DNA from: Minisyncoccota bacterium
GTDB lineage: Bacteria > Patescibacteriota > Minisyncoccia > Minisyncoccales > GWA2-38-27
Length of the DNA: 64,000 nucleotides
Direction: 5' to 3'
NCBI GenBank assembly: GCA_028687715.1
Contig: JAQTZP010000001.1
Span: 39,876-103,875 of the forward strand
The first letter of the stretch is position 1. Each line of letters begins with the position of its first letter. The notes under the pieces were generated by a model, which saw nothing but the letters and a program-made list of their open reading frames with translations, did no database searches and was not told where the DNA came from. Position numbers and translations under genes: made by a program. Below, piece after piece: positions 63,183 to 64,000 of this stretch.

Positions 63183-63938
63183 ATGCCTGAATTGCCAAAG
63201 GCTGGTTTTTCTCTTGGATGGGTTTTTGATACTAGCCCGGCAGATGTAACTCTTGTTAGTATCTTGAACTTTTTGTACTACAAAGGAGTTGATGCTGTTG
63301 AGTTTTGTTTCAATTTGACCAGATTAAGGCATTTCTCTTTATTTTTAACAGAAGAATTGATAAAGAGAATAGAAAGGTTTGATTATGTTTCTCTGCATCT
63401 TCCTGATATAATAGGCGAAGCTGATGATGAGCTTACAATAGAAGTTATAAAGAGAGCTGTTTCCTTAAAGAGAAGATTTAGAGTTGATATGGTGGTTATT
63501 CATCCTGACAGCGTTAAAGATTGGGATTCTTTAGAGAATCTTGCCAGAGAGAGTCTCCTTCCGGTTGCGATTGAATTTCCTATGAATAAGAATAAAGAAA
63601 AGGGCAGAAAGCTTGAAGAATTAAGGGCTGTGTGCGAGCGGTATTTTCATTTTAACTATGTATTGGATGTTCAGCATGCCTATGAAAATGATAAAAGCGG
63701 AGAATTAGCGATTTGTTCTGCCAGGTTGATGGGGTCTCGGCTGGCTCATCTTCATGTGAGCGGCCAGACTCAATCATCAAGTCATTCTTATCTGTTTCGC
63801 GCAGACAATAGAGCTGAAATTAAAAGAGTAATTAAGGATCCTTCTTTGTCAGGCGTTTTAAGGATTTCAGAGGGTGAGTTTAAATGCTGCGATTATCAGG
63901 TAGCTAAAGAACTAAAGTGCTTGAAAGAGAAACAATAA
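63183..63938 (+). CDS. Hypothetical protein, possibly xylose-isomerase-like TIM barrel (AP endonuclease 2 / sugar-phosphate isomerase superfamily)
   Basis: SLHLPD, VVIHPD, DVQHAY and HLHVSG spacing resembles that superfamily. Terminator AGAGCC...GGCTCTTTTTT at 63941-63967. Confidence 0.3.
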   Translation: MPELPKAGFSLGWVFDTSPADVTLVSILNFLYYKGVDAVEFCFNLTRLRHFSLFLTEELIKRIERFDYVSLHLPDIIGEADDELTIEVIKRAVSLKRRFRVDMVVIHPDSVKDWDSLENLARESLLPVAIEFPMNKNKEKGRKLEELRAVCERYFHFNYVLDVQHAYENDKSGELAICSARLMGSRLAHLHVSGQTQSSSHSYLFRADNRAEIKRVIKDPSLSGVLRISEGEFKCCDYQVAKELKCLKEKQ

Positions 63939-64000
63939 AAGAGCCGTAAAATTCAGGCTCTTTTTTCCTTGTTTATGTTTTTAAATTATGTTAAATTATA

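Noticed and set aside
1-64000. CRISPR arrays, rRNA genes, integrases/transposases, reverse transcriptases (DGR/retron)
   Set aside because: I saw no regularly spaced 25-40-nt direct repeats, no rRNA-like sequence, and no ORF with recombinase, DDE or RT (YxDD) motifs. The C-terminus of the 41227 gene was checked for a DGR-like variable region, but no template repeat or RT is present.

Overview
This is an AT-rich bacterial chromosomal window. Its gene content resembles a small-genome, possibly CPR/Patescibacteria-like organism, but that placement is inference only. The backbone is housekeeping: dnaE (partial, intein-interrupted), rnhB, rpmF, nusB, rnc, rpsP, trmD, rpmG, def, pcm, mltG, rplJ-rplL, mraZ-rsmH-ftsL-ftsI, a P-type ATPase, rmuC, rplU, recR-dnaB, cysS, dnaX, murJ, lepA, ftsB and nagZ. 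I hand-folded 9 tRNAs: Tyr, Thr-GGT, Trp, Val, Glu, Gln, Gly, Thr-CGT, and none is in the ORF track. Several small accessory insertions sit at tRNA or gene 3' ends. (1) A ~6.2 kb island follows tRNA-Gly and is bounded by a 16-nt direct repeat. It holds a visibly G+C-rich trio (Cys-rich protein, divergent from a thymidylate-kinase-like protein coupled to a SPASM radical SAM enzyme), an EEP-CYTH gene pair, and small enzymes. These blocks are separated by a GC-rich hairpin-plus-promoter repeat, including a perfect 176-bp inverted pair. (2) Short cassettes have accreted at the 3' end of rpmG, which is present in three progressively decayed copies. (3) A duplicated module pairs a NYN-domain protein with a convergent consensus promoter driving only a ~45-nt UUCG-hairpin RNA. 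(4) An orphan ~200-nt structured RNA has its own promoter and terminator. (5) G+C-rich paralogous genes of unknown function flank recR-dnaB. (6) Homing-endonuclease-type elements are present: a DnaE intein, and an ORF that fills the tRNA-Tyr/tRNA-Thr spacer. (7) A type II R-M pair lies upstream of rplJ. I saw no CRISPR array, rRNA, integrase, transposase or reverse transcriptase. All functional calls rest on motifs read by eye; no database search was possible.
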